64,000 bases of DNA from Bacteroidales bacterium (GCA_023228145.1 JALOBU010000006.1:12398-76397), one strand, 5' to 3'; numbered from the stretch's first letter, positions 1 through 10,161 are shown. Notes: generated by a model not told the origin, from the letters alone. Program-made: numbers and translations.

Positions 1-117
1 TAATTTTTGGGATATTTAAGTGAAAAATATTTCTAAATTTGCTTATTTAAAATATTTTAAATAAAAGTTGTTAAAAACAAGAAAATAATTGATTTTCAGA
101 TATTTAAAAATATAAAA

Positions 118-1764
118 TTATATAGCTTTAAGGACTTTGAAATATTTTAAATAGTCCTTATTCTGAATTTTTACTAAATAAAAACCATTTGGGAAGTTCG
201 AAATATTGATTAATATATTATCATCGGATAATTTATATTCTTTTGAGTGCATAATACTTCCTTCAATAGTAATCAAATCAATTTTAATATTTTTAAAAGC
301 ACTATTGGGTATATTGATGTATAAGAACTCAGATGCAGGATTGGGATGAACAAAAAAATCTTCAGTAGAATGATTGCAATTTATCCGGGTTGAAAAATCG
401 TATTTTACATCAAGGAATGCCTGTACAGAAGAATCATTGGAATTATAAAATTCAAAGTAGTTATCATTATCGGCATAAGCATATTTAATTTTAAATTGGG
501 TGAATCCGTCATTATTAATAAAAGGTAATAATGATACGGGAATATCGATCCTCATCCAGCAACCATTTTCAGCAACAGTACCGTATGTGCATGAAGCCGA
601 TGATATATCTCCGCTGCTTGAAAAATCATCGTTTTCTACCTGTAGGCTTGCTCCAAAGAATCCGGATTTAATTTCAAGTGTGAGTTCCTGATTGATAAGA
701 TTTGTTCCTGAAAGATTTTGACGTTTCAGGAAAATGCTGGCATTTTTTATATTAAATGACTGATTTAGTTCAGATGTGTTAAAAGTAATTATTCCATGCA
801 CATCATCGTTTCCAGTTTTGCCTGTTTTAATCATATCAGAACCATAATTAAAAGCAGAAACAAAACCGTTAAGGGCAGTATCATTGGCTAATATTGTTGT
901 GTCAGGCGAGCGCAGGGACTTCCAAAAATATCTTTCAATGTGCCTGCGAATAAAGTATTCAAAGGATTCATCACTCAAGTGGAAAGAATCCGTTCCGCTG
1001 AGTGCCATGGCCGCCCTGGGGCTTGGATAATTCATGTCTCCTCCGGGAAGAGGAACACTATGTTCAGGGTATGTGATGTAGGGAGGTATGAGCAGGGGTG
1101 AAGTCTGCCCATAAGTCCATTGCATCAATCCGTTATTGTTCACAAAAAATACATTATTCCACACAGCAGAAGAGTCGGAGAAACGCTGTGACAACATAGA
1201 CAACATGGTGTTTATTTCCAGAGCATTTGGTTGCCCCATATCTGTCCATTGGTCGTAATAGGGGTGAAGTGATGAAAAAGCAGCGGTTTCGACAAAGTTG
1301 GGATAATCGTATCCTGAAAGAACAAATGTTAATCCGGGCTTAATAGCGCTTATGGTATCAATATCTCTTTTTAGACTATTCATCAATACATCGAGTAAAG
1401 AGTCAACCTGAGTTGTTGACATATTTTTGTTCCATTCTCCCAGTAAATCATTACCGCCAAGACTGATATGACAATATTCAATACCCGGGTTGGCACTGAG
1501 AAAAGCAATGATGCCTTGTTTTCTTGATGGCTCAGAAAAATAGCTTTCTGCTCTTGCGCCTGCTATGCTGATATCAAATGCACTGTTTGCCCTTACGTCC
1601 GTCATTCCATAGCGGTCTAATCCTTCATTGTAAGAGTTAAAAGTCCAACTGAATAAAGCCCAACTGTCGCCTACAACCATTATTTTTGTTTCGGGGGTAT
1701 TGCATTGTGCAAAACAATTGCTGATAAATAGAAAAATAGGAATTATAAAAGAAAAGTATTTCAT
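118..1764 (-). CDS. Secreted SGNH/GDSL-family hydrolase with T9SS C-terminal sorting domain
   Basis: 548-aa ORF with signal peptide MKYFSFIIPIFLFISNCFAQ. SGNH block I (VVGDSW) and block II (SLGGND) are present. The last ~80 aa (FFVHPNPASEFLYINI...LVKIQNKDYLKYFKVLK) look like a T9SS CTD. Confidence 0.8.
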   Translation of the reverse strand: MKYFSFIIPIFLFISNCFAQCNTPETKIMVVGDSWALFSWTFNSYNEGLDRYGMTDVRANSAFDISIAGARAESYFSEPSRKQGIIAFLSANPGIEYCHISLGGNDLLGEWNKNMSTTQVDSLLDVLMNSLKRDIDTISAIKPGLTFVLSGYDYPNFVETAAFSSLHPYYDQWTDMGQPNALEINTMLSMLSQRFSDSSAVWNNVFFVNNNGLMQWTYGQTSPLLIPPYITYPEHSVPLPGGDMNYPSPRAAMALSGTDSFHLSDESFEYFIRRHIERYFWKSLRSPDTTILANDTALNGFVSAFNYGSDMIKTGKTGNDDVHGIITFNTSELNQSFNIKNASIFLKRQNLSGTNLINQELTLEIKSGFFGASLQVENDDFSSSGDISSASCTYGTVAENGCWMRIDIPVSLLPFINNDGFTQFKIKYAYADNDNYFEFYNSNDSSVQAFLDVKYDFSTRINCNHSTEDFFVHPNPASEFLYINIPNSAFKNIKIDLITIEGSIMHSKEYKLSDDNILINISNFPNGFYLVKIQNKDYLKYFKVLKAI

Positions 1765-1786
1765 GAAATTGGGAATGATTTTGCCA

Positions 1787-1794
1787 CAAAATTA
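1787..1794 (-). promoter_or_regulatory. Bacteroidetes -7 promoter box (TAATTTTG on minus strand) for the SGNH hydrolase gene
   Basis: Plus-strand caaaatta is the reverse complement of TAnnTTTG. It lies 23 nt upstream of the ATG at 1764. Confidence 0.5.
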
Positions 1795-1826
1795 TAAAAA
1801 AACCGATTCATTAATGAACCGGTTTT
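1794..1826 (-). terminator. Intrinsic terminator downstream of tRNA-Gly
   Basis: On the minus strand the stem aaccg/cggtt is extended by ttca/tgaa and followed by a U7 run, immediately after the tRNA 3' end. Confidence 0.7.
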
Positions 1827-1828
1827 CG

Positions 1829-1901
1829 AGCGGAAAACGGGATTCGAACCCGCGACCCTCAGCTTGGGAAGCTGATGCTCTACCAACTGAGCTACTTCCG
1901 C
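1829..1901 (-). tRNA. tRNA-Gly (anticodon CCC)
   Basis: Minus-strand cloverleaf. Acceptor GCGGAAG/TTTCCGC; D arm GCTC-AGTTGGTA-GAGC; anticodon stem TCAGC/GCTGA with loop TTCCCAA; T arm GCGGG-TTCGAAT-CCCGT. Confidence 0.9.
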
Positions 1902-1910
1902 ATAGCTTTG

Positions 1911-1918
1911 CAAAAATA
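1911..1918 (-). promoter_or_regulatory. -7 promoter box (TATTTTTG) for tRNA-Gly
   Basis: Plus-strand caaaaata, 10 nt upstream of the predicted tRNA 5' end. This spacing fits the Bacteroidetes TAnnTTTG -7 element. Confidence 0.6.
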
Positions 1919-1972
1919 AATAAAATACTGGATAATTTTCTTGGTAAATGTAAAAAAACTATCCGACTTTGA

Positions 1973-1980
1973 TACTTTTG
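1973..1980 (+). promoter_or_regulatory. -7 promoter box (TACTTTTG) for the MATE transporter gene
   Basis: Perfect TAnnTTTG 12 nt upstream of the ATG at 1992. It lies inside the longest-ORF N-terminal extension, which argues for the 1992 start. Confidence 0.55.
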
Positions 1981-1991
1981 CGGAAGATATC

Positions 1992-3320
1992 ATGAAAATA
2001 CCTTCACATAAAGAAATATGGATGCTCACGTATCCTATAATTCTTAGCTTGTTCGCAGAGAATGTAATAAACATTACAGATACTATATTCCTTGCCCGGG
2101 TGGGCGAAGCAGAACTGGGAGCATCAGCTATAGGAGGTACATTTTATGTGATATTGTTTATAATCGGCCTTGCATTCAGCATTGGCACACAGATTATAAT
2201 TTCGAGAAGGCTGGGCGAGAACAAACCTGAGCAGGCAGGAAGTGTTTTTGAACTTAGCCTGTTTTTTCTTGTGTTTGCCGCGGCTTTGATATTTGCCTTA
2301 ATATATATATTCTCTCCTGTTATATTTCGATGGATTATTTCTTCTGAAGATATTTATGAAAAAACACTTTTATATATCAATTATCGAATTTTCGGTATCT
2401 TTTTCACTTATATAGCTTGTGTGTTCAGGGCATTTTATACCGGGATATTCAAAACAAAATACCTTGCCGTGAACTCTGTTGTTTTGGCAGGTGTCAATGT
2501 AGTTTTTGCTTACCTGCTGATATTCGGGAAATTTGGTTTCCCCGAAATGGGTATTGCTGGTGCTGGCCTTGCAACGGTAATTGCTGAATTTGTGGCAGTG
2601 TCGTATTTTGTTTTTATTACTTTCAGAGTAGTTGACCGTAAAAAGTACAGGCTCTTTAAGCGTAAAACCTACGATCTGAGAGTTATTAAAAATATTCTTG
2701 ATGTTTCAGGATTTATCATATTGCAACACCTGATATCTTTGATGGCATGGTTCAGTTTTTTTGTGGTGATAGAACACAGGGGGCAACATGAGCTTGCCAT
2801 AACAAATATTGTACGAAGTGTTTATGTCTTCCTTATGATTCCGGGTTGGGCTTTTGGCTCGGCATGCAATACCCTGGTGAGCAATATTATTGGACAGGGA
2901 AATCCCGGAGGGGTTTTGCAACTGATAAGGAAAATAACTTTCCTCTGTTTTGTTGCAATCATAGCACTTGTGATACCCGCTCAAATTTTTCATGATACCA
3001 TATTATCATGGTTTACAGCCGATAAGGCTCTTATAAATGAAAGTCTTAATTCATACTATATGGTTATGCTTGCGCTTGTAATTTTTTCACTGACAATGAA
3101 CTACTACAATGGCCTGATAGGCACTGGCAGGACACGTGCCGCTATGTACATCGAATTGTTGGGAGTTGTATTTTATTTAGTAACATTATATTTAATAGTC
3201 AACCGGTTTTCATTACCTCTTGAGTTTGCCTGGAGCTGCGAAATTGTTTATTTTACGGCAATGTTTCTATTTTCTTATATTTATCTTAAAAAAGGAAGCT
3301 GGAAACTTCGGCCAATATGA
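1992..3320 (+). CDS. MATE family efflux transporter
   Basis: About 443 aa and polytopic (12 predicted TM segments). The N-terminus ...EIWMLTYPIILSLFAENVINITDTIFLARVGEAELGA is typical of MATE/NorM-DinF proteins. The start is moved from 1941 to 1992 because of the -7 box. Confidence 0.8.
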   Translation: MKIPSHKEIWMLTYPIILSLFAENVINITDTIFLARVGEAELGASAIGGTFYVILFIIGLAFSIGTQIIISRRLGENKPEQAGSVFELSLFFLVFAAALIFALIYIFSPVIFRWIISSEDIYEKTLLYINYRIFGIFFTYIACVFRAFYTGIFKTKYLAVNSVVLAGVNVVFAYLLIFGKFGFPEMGIAGAGLATVIAEFVAVSYFVFITFRVVDRKKYRLFKRKTYDLRVIKNILDVSGFIILQHLISLMAWFSFFVVIEHRGQHELAITNIVRSVYVFLMIPGWAFGSACNTLVSNIIGQGNPGGVLQLIRKITFLCFVAIIALVIPAQIFHDTILSWFTADKALINESLNSYYMVMLALVIFSLTMNYYNGLIGTGRTRAAMYIELLGVVFYLVTLYLIVNRFSLPLEFAWSCEIVYFTAMFLFSYIYLKKGSWKLRPI

Positions 3321-3347
3321 CATTATTCGCTCATAGATTTTTTAGTG

Positions 3348-3355
3348 TATATTTG
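3348..3355 (+). promoter_or_regulatory. -7 promoter box (TATATTTG)
   Basis: Perfect TAnnTTTG 14 nt upstream of the ATG at 3369. Confidence 0.5.
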
Positions 3356-3368
3356 TAAAAAAAACGAA

Positions 3369-3938
3369 ATGGGAAAGAGGAATTTTTTTACCGGATTTTC
3401 TATTTATGCAATGTGTATATTGTTATTTTTCTGTTTAGATTCTAATGGTGTTTTTGCACAAAGAACAAATGTTGATGCCGCTTATCTCATCAGTGACGGA
3501 AGGGTAGGCAATGTGGAGATAAATATGGATGCCGGAATGCTTAAAAAATATTTTACCGAAAACCAGGTGGAGGAAAAAAAAGTAAATGGAAAAAATTACA
3601 GCATTATCAAAGTGAATGACGATAATAAAAAAACCTTAATGGAAATGGAAACCCTTTGTGCAGATATTTGCATGATTTCCAGAATATTGGTTTATTCTTC
3701 ATTATATAAAACTGCCGAAGGTGTCTGTGTCGGGAAAAGTTTTTCTGATATTAAAAAGAGTTATTCTATGAAAGGTATTTATGGCGATGATAACAATACG
3801 TACCTGGTTTATGTAAAAGAGTTTAAAGATGCCGCTTTTGTGCTGAAAGGCACGGATGCTTCTGTGAAGACAGGCAAGCCATATGAATCTTTTGAAATTA
3901 AAGATACCGAACCTATAAGCAGTATTATTATTTTCTGA
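3369..3938 (+). CDS. Hypothetical secreted protein
   Basis: 190-aa ORF with an N-terminal hydrophobic signal (FSIYAMCILLFFCLDSNGVFAQ). I recognise no family motif. Confidence 0.55.
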   Translation: MGKRNFFTGFSIYAMCILLFFCLDSNGVFAQRTNVDAAYLISDGRVGNVEINMDAGMLKKYFTENQVEEKKVNGKNYSIIKVNDDNKKTLMEMETLCADICMISRILVYSSLYKTAEGVCVGKSFSDIKKSYSMKGIYGDDNNTYLVYVKEFKDAAFVLKGTDASVKTGKPYESFEIKDTEPISSIIIF

Positions 3939-3955
3939 AAATCATTACATTTTTT

Positions 3956-5095
3956 ATGCGTTCTCCGGTAAAAATATTTATCGTTTTAATAATATTCGCT
4001 TGTAGTATATTAGCATTTACTAAAATTACTGCCGACCAGACACATGATTACACATGCGGAGAGGACGATTCAACAATGACATTGCTGTTTATAGGTGACA
4101 TTATGCAGCACCAGTCTCAGATTGATGCCGCATGGAACGATACGTTGCAGGCATACATATACGATTCCTGTTTTAAATATGTGACGCCGCTTATCAGAAG
4201 CTACGATTATGCCATAGCAAATTTTGAATTCACTTTGGGAGGCAAGCCCTATACAGGTTATCCTCAATTCAGTGCGCCCGATGCGATTGTGAATGCATTG
4301 TTATTTGCAGGAATTGACATCGTAGGCACTGCTAACAACCACTCCTGCGACCGCGGTAAAAAAGGGATTGAACGTACTATTAAAATTCTTGACAGTTTAG
4401 GGTTAAGGCATACAGGAACATTTTTGGATTCTGCAAGCCGTGTACAAAATTATCCCATGATAATTTCAAAAAACGGTATCAAAATAGCTCTTTTAAATTA
4501 TACATACGGCACCAACAGCCTTGCAGTGCCAAAACCAAATATTGTGAACCTGATAGAAGAGAACCAGATAAAACAGGACCTTCAAGCTGCGCGCGATTCA
4601 ATGCCCGATAAAATCATTGTGTTTATTCACTGGGGCGATGAGTATAAATCTTATCCAAACGAATACCAGGAATATTATGCTAAATTATTATTTGACCATG
4701 GCACCGATATTATAATCGGCATGCATCCTCATGTGATACAGCGTATAGAACGTAAATTTTATCCCGACAGCAACGGCAGGGAAGTTTTTATCGTATATTC
4801 TCTTGGCAATTACATCTCAAATCAGCGAGATCGCTACCGGGATGGCGGAATGATGGTGAGCCTGAATCTGGCCAGAAAGAATAAAAAAGTTTGCATTGAT
4901 AATGCGGGTTATTATCTTACATGGGTTTATACGCCTGTTGAAAACAATAAAAAAAGATTTTATGTGTTGCCTGCAGCGAATTACGAAAACATCAGGGGGA
5001 TTATGGATACTCTTTCCTGTCAGAAAATGAAATTGTTTCTGAGTGATTCCAGAGAACTGATGAAAAGGGAAAGCATTGGCGCAAATGAAAAGTAA
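3956..5095 (+). CDS. CapA-family (PGA_cap metallophosphatase-like) protein
   Basis: 379 aa with an N-terminal membrane anchor. Motifs LLFIGDIMQH, GTANNHSCDRG, FIHWGDEY and GMHPHV match the CapA/poly-gamma-glutamate capsule synthesis family. Confidence 0.75.
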   Translation: MRSPVKIFIVLIIFACSILAFTKITADQTHDYTCGEDDSTMTLLFIGDIMQHQSQIDAAWNDTLQAYIYDSCFKYVTPLIRSYDYAIANFEFTLGGKPYTGYPQFSAPDAIVNALLFAGIDIVGTANNHSCDRGKKGIERTIKILDSLGLRHTGTFLDSASRVQNYPMIISKNGIKIALLNYTYGTNSLAVPKPNIVNLIEENQIKQDLQAARDSMPDKIIVFIHWGDEYKSYPNEYQEYYAKLLFDHGTDIIIGMHPHVIQRIERKFYPDSNGREVFIVYSLGNYISNQRDRYRDGGMMVSLNLARKNKKVCIDNAGYYLTWVYTPVENNKKRFYVLPAANYENIRGIMDTLSCQKMKLFLSDSRELMKRESIGANEK

Positions 5096-5127
5096 AAAAA
5101 AGCCGCTTCATAAGGAGCGGCTTTTTA
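5093..5127. terminator. Bidirectional intrinsic terminator between convergent genes
   Basis: An A-run, then stem agccgct / loop tcataagg / stem agcggct, then a T-run. It can serve capA-like (+) and the T9SS cargo gene (-). Confidence 0.8.
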
Positions 5128-5140
5128 TGAAGTTTTAATC

Positions 5141-6262
5141 CTAATGCTTTACAACAAATTTCCCTGAAGATTTATTATTTTTTCCTAGTGCGTTATAAAA
5201 GTACAGGCCGTCGGGCAGCATGCTAATATTTATGCTGATTTTGCTGTCGCTGTTTAGTTTCCGCTTTATCACTTCATTACCCAGAAGGTCGTAAATAATG
5301 ATTTCCGTAAATTCCGCATCGCCCTGAATAGTTATAAAATCTCTTGCAGGGTTGGGGAAGAGTCTGGTGTTGCTTGTTTCAAACTCTGCTATGTTGTCAG
5401 AAATGTCGAAAGCCCACTCCACATTGGCAACAATAGTGGGTGAATAACGAAACATATTCATCCTGACAACTGGTACGCCAAAACTTTTCATCCACCACAA
5501 ATACTGCAAGTTTGTGTCTTTTACGGTTATCAGATAATACCATCCGGAATTCTCGTCGTAAGGAGGCGGGAAGCTCGAACAATCGGCATAACCCCAAACC
5601 GAATCAATGGATGTGACAGAATCCTTTTGACGAAGCACGGGGAAATTGTTGTTGGGGACTATCATAGTACCCCATGCATCAATTACGCTTGTTTTATACT
5701 GGTGATGTTTAATATGAACAGTGTCAATAGGTATCTGTAAGGTAAATCCCCCAATAATAGTATCGTAAAATAAATTTGATGCAGCAGACTTTGTATTGCC
5801 AAAGCTGTACCCCGACCAAGTGTCGCCGTAATTGGCTGGCAGGGGCAATACGGTATCCGGAATACTAAGTATCAGCTTTAACGAGTCGTTAGAATTCATG
5901 TAATCTTTGATAATTCCTTGCATTGTAAGGCCTGAGGGAGTGCTGTTAAAAAAATACACATTGATGGCGCTGTCCCAAATAGTGGCGACATTTGCTGCAG
6001 GAAAGTCGTTGTGCATAGGAATGGTAGCAGCATTCACAAGGTCAATGGTGAATGTGTCAATCGTAGCATCCAGCGCTGCAAAATCCCAGGTGATATTTGC
6101 TCCGGCATTACCTGGTGTTATGGTTACATCAACTCCTGTGTCGTTTCTGAACTCATAGGTTTTTAACGGTTCTCCCAAATCACTGAAATTTAATGAAATG
6201 GGGGTTTGTGCATAAGCCATACCGAAGCTTATTAAACATACAAACAATAGAAATTTTTTCAT
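5141..6262 (-). CDS. T9SS C-terminal target domain-containing protein (function unknown)
   Basis: Signal peptide MKKFLLFVCLISFGMAYAQ and a C-terminal LFPNPARDFITIQ...GLYFYNALGKNNKSSGKFVVKH CTD. The start is moved to 6262 because the -7 box at 6287-6294 lies downstream of the longer-ORF ATG. Confidence 0.75.
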   Translation of the reverse strand: MKKFLLFVCLISFGMAYAQTPISLNFSDLGEPLKTYEFRNDTGVDVTITPGNAGANITWDFAALDATIDTFTIDLVNAATIPMHNDFPAANVATIWDSAINVYFFNSTPSGLTMQGIIKDYMNSNDSLKLILSIPDTVLPLPANYGDTWSGYSFGNTKSAASNLFYDTIIGGFTLQIPIDTVHIKHHQYKTSVIDAWGTMIVPNNNFPVLRQKDSVTSIDSVWGYADCSSFPPPYDENSGWYYLITVKDTNLQYLWWMKSFGVPVVRMNMFRYSPTIVANVEWAFDISDNIAEFETSNTRLFPNPARDFITIQGDAEFTEIIIYDLLGNEVIKRKLNSDSKISINISMLPDGLYFYNALGKNNKSSGKFVVKH

Positions 6263-6286
6263 AATGTTACAGTTTAAAGATTTATA

Positions 6287-6294
6287 CAAATGTA
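6287..6294 (-). promoter_or_regulatory. -7 promoter box (TACATTTG on minus strand)
   Basis: Plus-strand caaatgta, 25 nt upstream of the ATG at 6262. Confidence 0.5.
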
Positions 6295-6372
6295 TAAATA
6301 AATTTTAAAATCAAATTTTTTATATGCTGTTTTTTATGTTTTGGTTTTTGCTTTCGTACATAGAGTAAATTG

Positions 6373-6380
6373 TATCTTTG
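6373..6380 (+). promoter_or_regulatory. -7 promoter box (TATCTTTG) for the second MATE gene
   Basis: Perfect TAnnTTTG 11 nt upstream of the ATG at 6391. Confidence 0.55.
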
Positions 6381-6390
6381 CAAACTTCGT

Positions 6391-7737
6391 ATGATGAAAG
6401 ACCTCACAACCGGAAAAGAAAGCAGGGTGATTGTTAATTTTGCCCTCCCGATGCTGCTGGGCAATGTTTTTCAGCAATCGTATAACATTGTTGACAGTAT
6501 AATTGTAGGGAATTATCTTGGAGAGAAAGCCTTGGCTGCTGTCGGAGCATCTTTTCCGGTAATCTTTGTGCTTATCTCCCTGGTCATTGGAGTATCGGTT
6601 GGTTCTACAATTATTATTGCCCAGTTTTTCGGAGCGAAAGATTTTGAAAATATAAAAAAATCTGTTGACAGCCTTTTAATATTTTTGTTTTTTGCCGCTA
6701 TTTTCATCACCATTTTCGGCCTAATTTTCAGCGAGCATATTTTTCGTTCTATGAACCTTCCCGAAGAAATAATACCCGATGCTGTCAGCTATTTTAATAT
6801 TTTGTTATATGGCCTTATACTGATGTTTGGGTTTAATGCAATCAGTTCTGTACTTCGCGGGTTGGGTGATTCAAAAACACCCCTGTACTTTCTTATTATC
6901 TCTACAGTGCTGAATATCGTCCTGGTAATATTGTTTGTGAAGGTTTTTGGCTGGGGTATAGAAGGCTCGGCTATTGCAACAGTGATAGCTCAGGGAGTTT
7001 CTTTTGTACTTAGTGTCCTGTATCTGAATCGCTTTCATGACATCATCAGATTTTCATTCTTTGACATAAAATTTCATCGGGAAATATTTTTAACAAGCCT
7101 TAAAATAGGCATTCCTTCAGGTTTGCAGCAGACTTTCGTAGCTTTGGGTATGATGGCATTGCTGAGGTTTGTGAACGCATTTGGCACGGATACCATAGCT
7201 GCATATACGGTTGCAGGGCGTATTGATGCTTTTGCAATGCAGCCCGCCATGAACTTTTCAATGGCACTGTCAACCTTTGTGGGGCAAAACATGGGCGCTA
7301 ATAAGATTGACAGGGTAAAAAAAGGGTATAGAACCACCTTGTTGATAACGGCAACATTTTCAATTATTATAACTTTTGTAGCCATATTATTCGGCTCGCA
7401 AATCATGTCATTATTTACACCTAAAGCCGAAGTAATATCTATCGGACATTCCTACTTAGTTATTGTGTGTTCATTCTATGTATTGTTTTCGACCATGATA
7501 ACCACACAGGGGCTGATACGTGGTGCCGGCGATACGCTGATTCCGATGTTTATCACGTTGTTTTCGCTCTGGATACTTAGAATACCACTGTCATATATAT
7601 TTTCTCGTTTTATGGGCCCCGACGGAATCTGGTGGAGCATACCTATTGCCTGGGCTTTCGGAATGATAGCTTCAGGAATATATTATTTCAGCGGCAGGTG
7701 GAAAAATAAAGTGGTAACAGGAACTATCAAGCGCTAA
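6391..7737 (+). CDS. MATE family efflux transporter
   Basis: About 449 aa and polytopic. The N-terminus KDLTTGKESRVIVNFALPMLLGNVFQQSYNIVDSIIVGNYLGEKALAAVG is a classic MATE signature. Confidence 0.85.
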   Translation: MMKDLTTGKESRVIVNFALPMLLGNVFQQSYNIVDSIIVGNYLGEKALAAVGASFPVIFVLISLVIGVSVGSTIIIAQFFGAKDFENIKKSVDSLLIFLFFAAIFITIFGLIFSEHIFRSMNLPEEIIPDAVSYFNILLYGLILMFGFNAISSVLRGLGDSKTPLYFLIISTVLNIVLVILFVKVFGWGIEGSAIATVIAQGVSFVLSVLYLNRFHDIIRFSFFDIKFHREIFLTSLKIGIPSGLQQTFVALGMMALLRFVNAFGTDTIAAYTVAGRIDAFAMQPAMNFSMALSTFVGQNMGANKIDRVKKGYRTTLLITATFSIIITFVAILFGSQIMSLFTPKAEVISIGHSYLVIVCSFYVLFSTMITTQGLIRGAGDTLIPMFITLFSLWILRIPLSYIFSRFMGPDGIWWSIPIAWAFGMIASGIYYFSGRWKNKVVTGTIKR

Positions 7738-7760
7738 AGGGGATAATTGGTAACGGATTA

Positions 7761-8642
7761 CTATTTGTTTTCGCTGGGCTCAATATGAATATATACTTCA
7801 ATATAATCCAGCACATCCTCTATTTCGTTCTCAATCCGGTCGCAAAGTTCATGGGACTCATTTACAGTAATTGTTCCGGGAACTTCAAGGTGCAGATCCA
7901 CATATCTCATGTTTCCCGCCTTGCGGGTACGTAGTTTATGAAAACTCATGCCTTCGGAAAGGTTATTATTGATAGCATTTTTGATGATGTTTATTTCCTT
8001 TTCAGGTAAAGGGGCATCCAAAAGGGGTGAAAATGCTTTTTTTAACAGAATATAAGATTTCTGTAAAATCATTAAGGCGACCAGAATAGCGATGATAGGG
8101 TCAAGCACTTTAATACCGGTTATCCATATTAATATCAAACCTAATGCAACTCCCAGTGAGGTATATACATCTGTTTTCAGGTGCAATCCGTCGGCTTCTA
8201 GTGCTACGGAGTCTGTTTCTTTGCCAACCTTGTATAACCTTTTTGAAACGATATAGTTAACCACAGCGGATATTCCCATGACCAGTGTGCCTATACCTAA
8301 CTGTTCGGGTAGTGTAGGGTGAGTTATTTTCTGAAGGGCTTCATAAATTATCCACCCTGCTGCACCAAATATCAGCAACGCTTCAATTACACCTGATACA
8401 TTTTCATATTTGCCATGACCATAAGGATGGTTTTTATCCGGTGGCAATCCTGATATTTTTACTGAAAAAAAAGCTATTACAGCTGCCAGCAGGTCCATGC
8501 CCGAATGTATGGCTTCTGAAATGATGCTGACCGAGCCGCTGATGATGCCGGCAGTGACTTTAAGTATTATAAGTGTGATGTTTGAGAAAATGGAAAGTGA
8601 TGCCGTTTTTACTTTTTTCCGTTGTAAGACTGCATTTGACAT
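7761..8642 (-). CDS. Cation diffusion facilitator (CDF) family metal transporter
   Basis: 293 aa with six TM segments followed by a cytoplasmic domain. Motifs SEAIHSGMDLLA and HLKTDVYTSLG are the CDF metal-site helices. Confidence 0.85.
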   Translation of the reverse strand: MSNAVLQRKKVKTASLSIFSNITLIILKVTAGIISGSVSIISEAIHSGMDLLAAVIAFFSVKISGLPPDKNHPYGHGKYENVSGVIEALLIFGAAGWIIYEALQKITHPTLPEQLGIGTLVMGISAVVNYIVSKRLYKVGKETDSVALEADGLHLKTDVYTSLGVALGLILIWITGIKVLDPIIAILVALMILQKSYILLKKAFSPLLDAPLPEKEINIIKNAINNNLSEGMSFHKLRTRKAGNMRYVDLHLEVPGTITVNESHELCDRIENEIEDVLDYIEVYIHIEPSENK

Positions 8643-8722
8643 GATGACTTTTTTAAAAGGTTATTTCAACAGGGTTGTATAAGTACAAATATAAATAAAA
8701 TTGTATAGTGTCTGAAATGATA

Positions 8723-9589
8723 TTATTTAACTGCCGTGATGGTATAGCCCCGTAATTCGAGCAGCTTCAAAACACCATTTTCGCCGGGCAGGTGGGCTGC
8801 CCCCACGGCAATAAAACAGCTCTTCGATTTAATTTTCTCTTCTATGTGCGAAATCCAGTTTTGGTTGCGTTTGAAAATAAAGTTCTCATTGAATTCGCTG
8901 TTTGAATCGGCGCTTTTTACCACAAAATCGTACAATTTCGACAAATCCTGCTGTTTGTATGCAGCTATCATATCATTAAAAAGTTGTTCTGTTTCTTTAT
9001 AATTTTTTATTTCGTTTACCAATGTTTTTGCCTGTTCTTCTATGGGGGTTGTGTCAACAAGCGAGAGCTGAAAGTCAATGGTTTCAAGTCCATCGGAAGC
9101 TATGCCGTTTTTTTTGGCTATTTTGTACAATTCCTGCTCATAAGCTTTCACTTTGCCTGCAAGTTGTTTGGCAAGGATGCTGCTGATATAAAAAGGTTTC
9201 AATCTTATGTATTTTTCAAGCCTTGATTTTTTTATGTGAAGCGAATCTATAATGTATTTACTGAAATCTGAATATTCTTCTTCGGTAACATAATCGCGAA
9301 GAGTTTTGCCTTCGGGCAGATACATTTGTTTTGCCAGCTCAAGCTGTTGCATTATCGGGATGTTTATATCTATTTCTGTAACAAAACTCTGGCATTCCTT
9401 TAGTTTCCTCTCCATGATATCTGTAATAAAAAAGTCCTGCTTTTTTATCATATGAATGGTGCCGAAAATATAAGAGTTTTGAGATAACCCATTTCCTGAT
9501 ATTTCCCATAACAATGAATTTTGCTGTTGTGCGATACAACTTAGAACAAATACAACTGCAACAACTGATAAAATAATTTTTCTGAACAT
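8723..9589 (-). CDS. TraB/GumN family protein
   Basis: 288 aa with a signal peptide. LLWEISGNGLSQNSYIFGTIHM and the C-terminal FIAVGAAHLPGENGV match the TraB/GumN family. Confidence 0.75.
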   Translation of the reverse strand: MFRKIILSVVAVVFVLSCIAQQQNSLLWEISGNGLSQNSYIFGTIHMIKKQDFFITDIMERKLKECQSFVTEIDINIPIMQQLELAKQMYLPEGKTLRDYVTEEEYSDFSKYIIDSLHIKKSRLEKYIRLKPFYISSILAKQLAGKVKAYEQELYKIAKKNGIASDGLETIDFQLSLVDTTPIEEQAKTLVNEIKNYKETEQLFNDMIAAYKQQDLSKLYDFVVKSADSNSEFNENFIFKRNQNWISHIEEKIKSKSCFIAVGAAHLPGENGVLKLLELRGYTITAVK

Positions 9590-9730
9590 AAAGTTTTTTT
9601 TACAAAAGTAGTATTTTACCTGTTTTCCTGTAATATTTCATTTATCTGTCAATTGCTATTTGAGAAAAACAGGTGATAGTGAAAAAATTATTAATTTTAT
9701 GCTATAGAAAATAAAACTAAAAAAATAATT

Positions 9731-10066
9731 ATGAATAAATCCATTTCATCAGGACAGAATTTTGGTAAAGAAAACTTGAAAACTTACGAAATAACGGCGA
9801 GGTTTTCAAACCCAGATAAGAAAATAACGGTTGGGGATATAGATATGATAAAATACCGCTTCGAATCAATTTTTAAGCCGCTGCACATATCAAACTACCT
9901 TACTCGATACATTACTATGAATGAATTGGGAGGTTCTGTAATTTTTCATGTCCTCTATGAAAATAGTGTATATCTTATTGTTGAGGATGATTGGAGAATT
10001 ATTAATGACGATTCGGAATCCCTGATATCGCAACTGGAAACCTTGTTTACCCCCTTACTGGATTAG
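9731..10066 (+). CDS. Hypothetical protein
   Basis: 111-aa ORF with no recognised motif. The coding call rests only on ORF length and position. Confidence 0.4.
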   Translation: MNKSISSGQNFGKENLKTYEITARFSNPDKKITVGDIDMIKYRFESIFKPLHISNYLTRYITMNELGGSVIFHVLYENSVYLIVEDDWRIINDDSESLISQLETLFTPLLD

Positions 10067-10147
10067 ATGAGTGTTTTTGGTATGTTTTTGAATTATTTTG
10101 TGTTCATCCTCTTTTCCTAAATATTAAAATCATTTAATTACCCTTTC

Positions 10148-10161
10148 CTTTGTTAACAAAG
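10148..10161. promoter_or_regulatory. 14-bp perfect palindrome CTTTGTTAACAAAG flanked by TTAATTA(A) half-sites (possible operator)
   Basis: Read directly. The palindrome is at 10148-10161 and TTAATTA occurs at 10134-10140 and 10167-10173. The core TTTGTTAACAAA recurs at 37970-37981. Confidence 0.25.

Noticed and set aside
1700-1972. 90-aa plus-strand ORF
   Set aside because: It overlaps tRNA-Gly, its terminator and its promoter, so it is a translation artefact of the tRNA antisense strand. The same applies to 24900-25112, which lies over tRNA-Leu.
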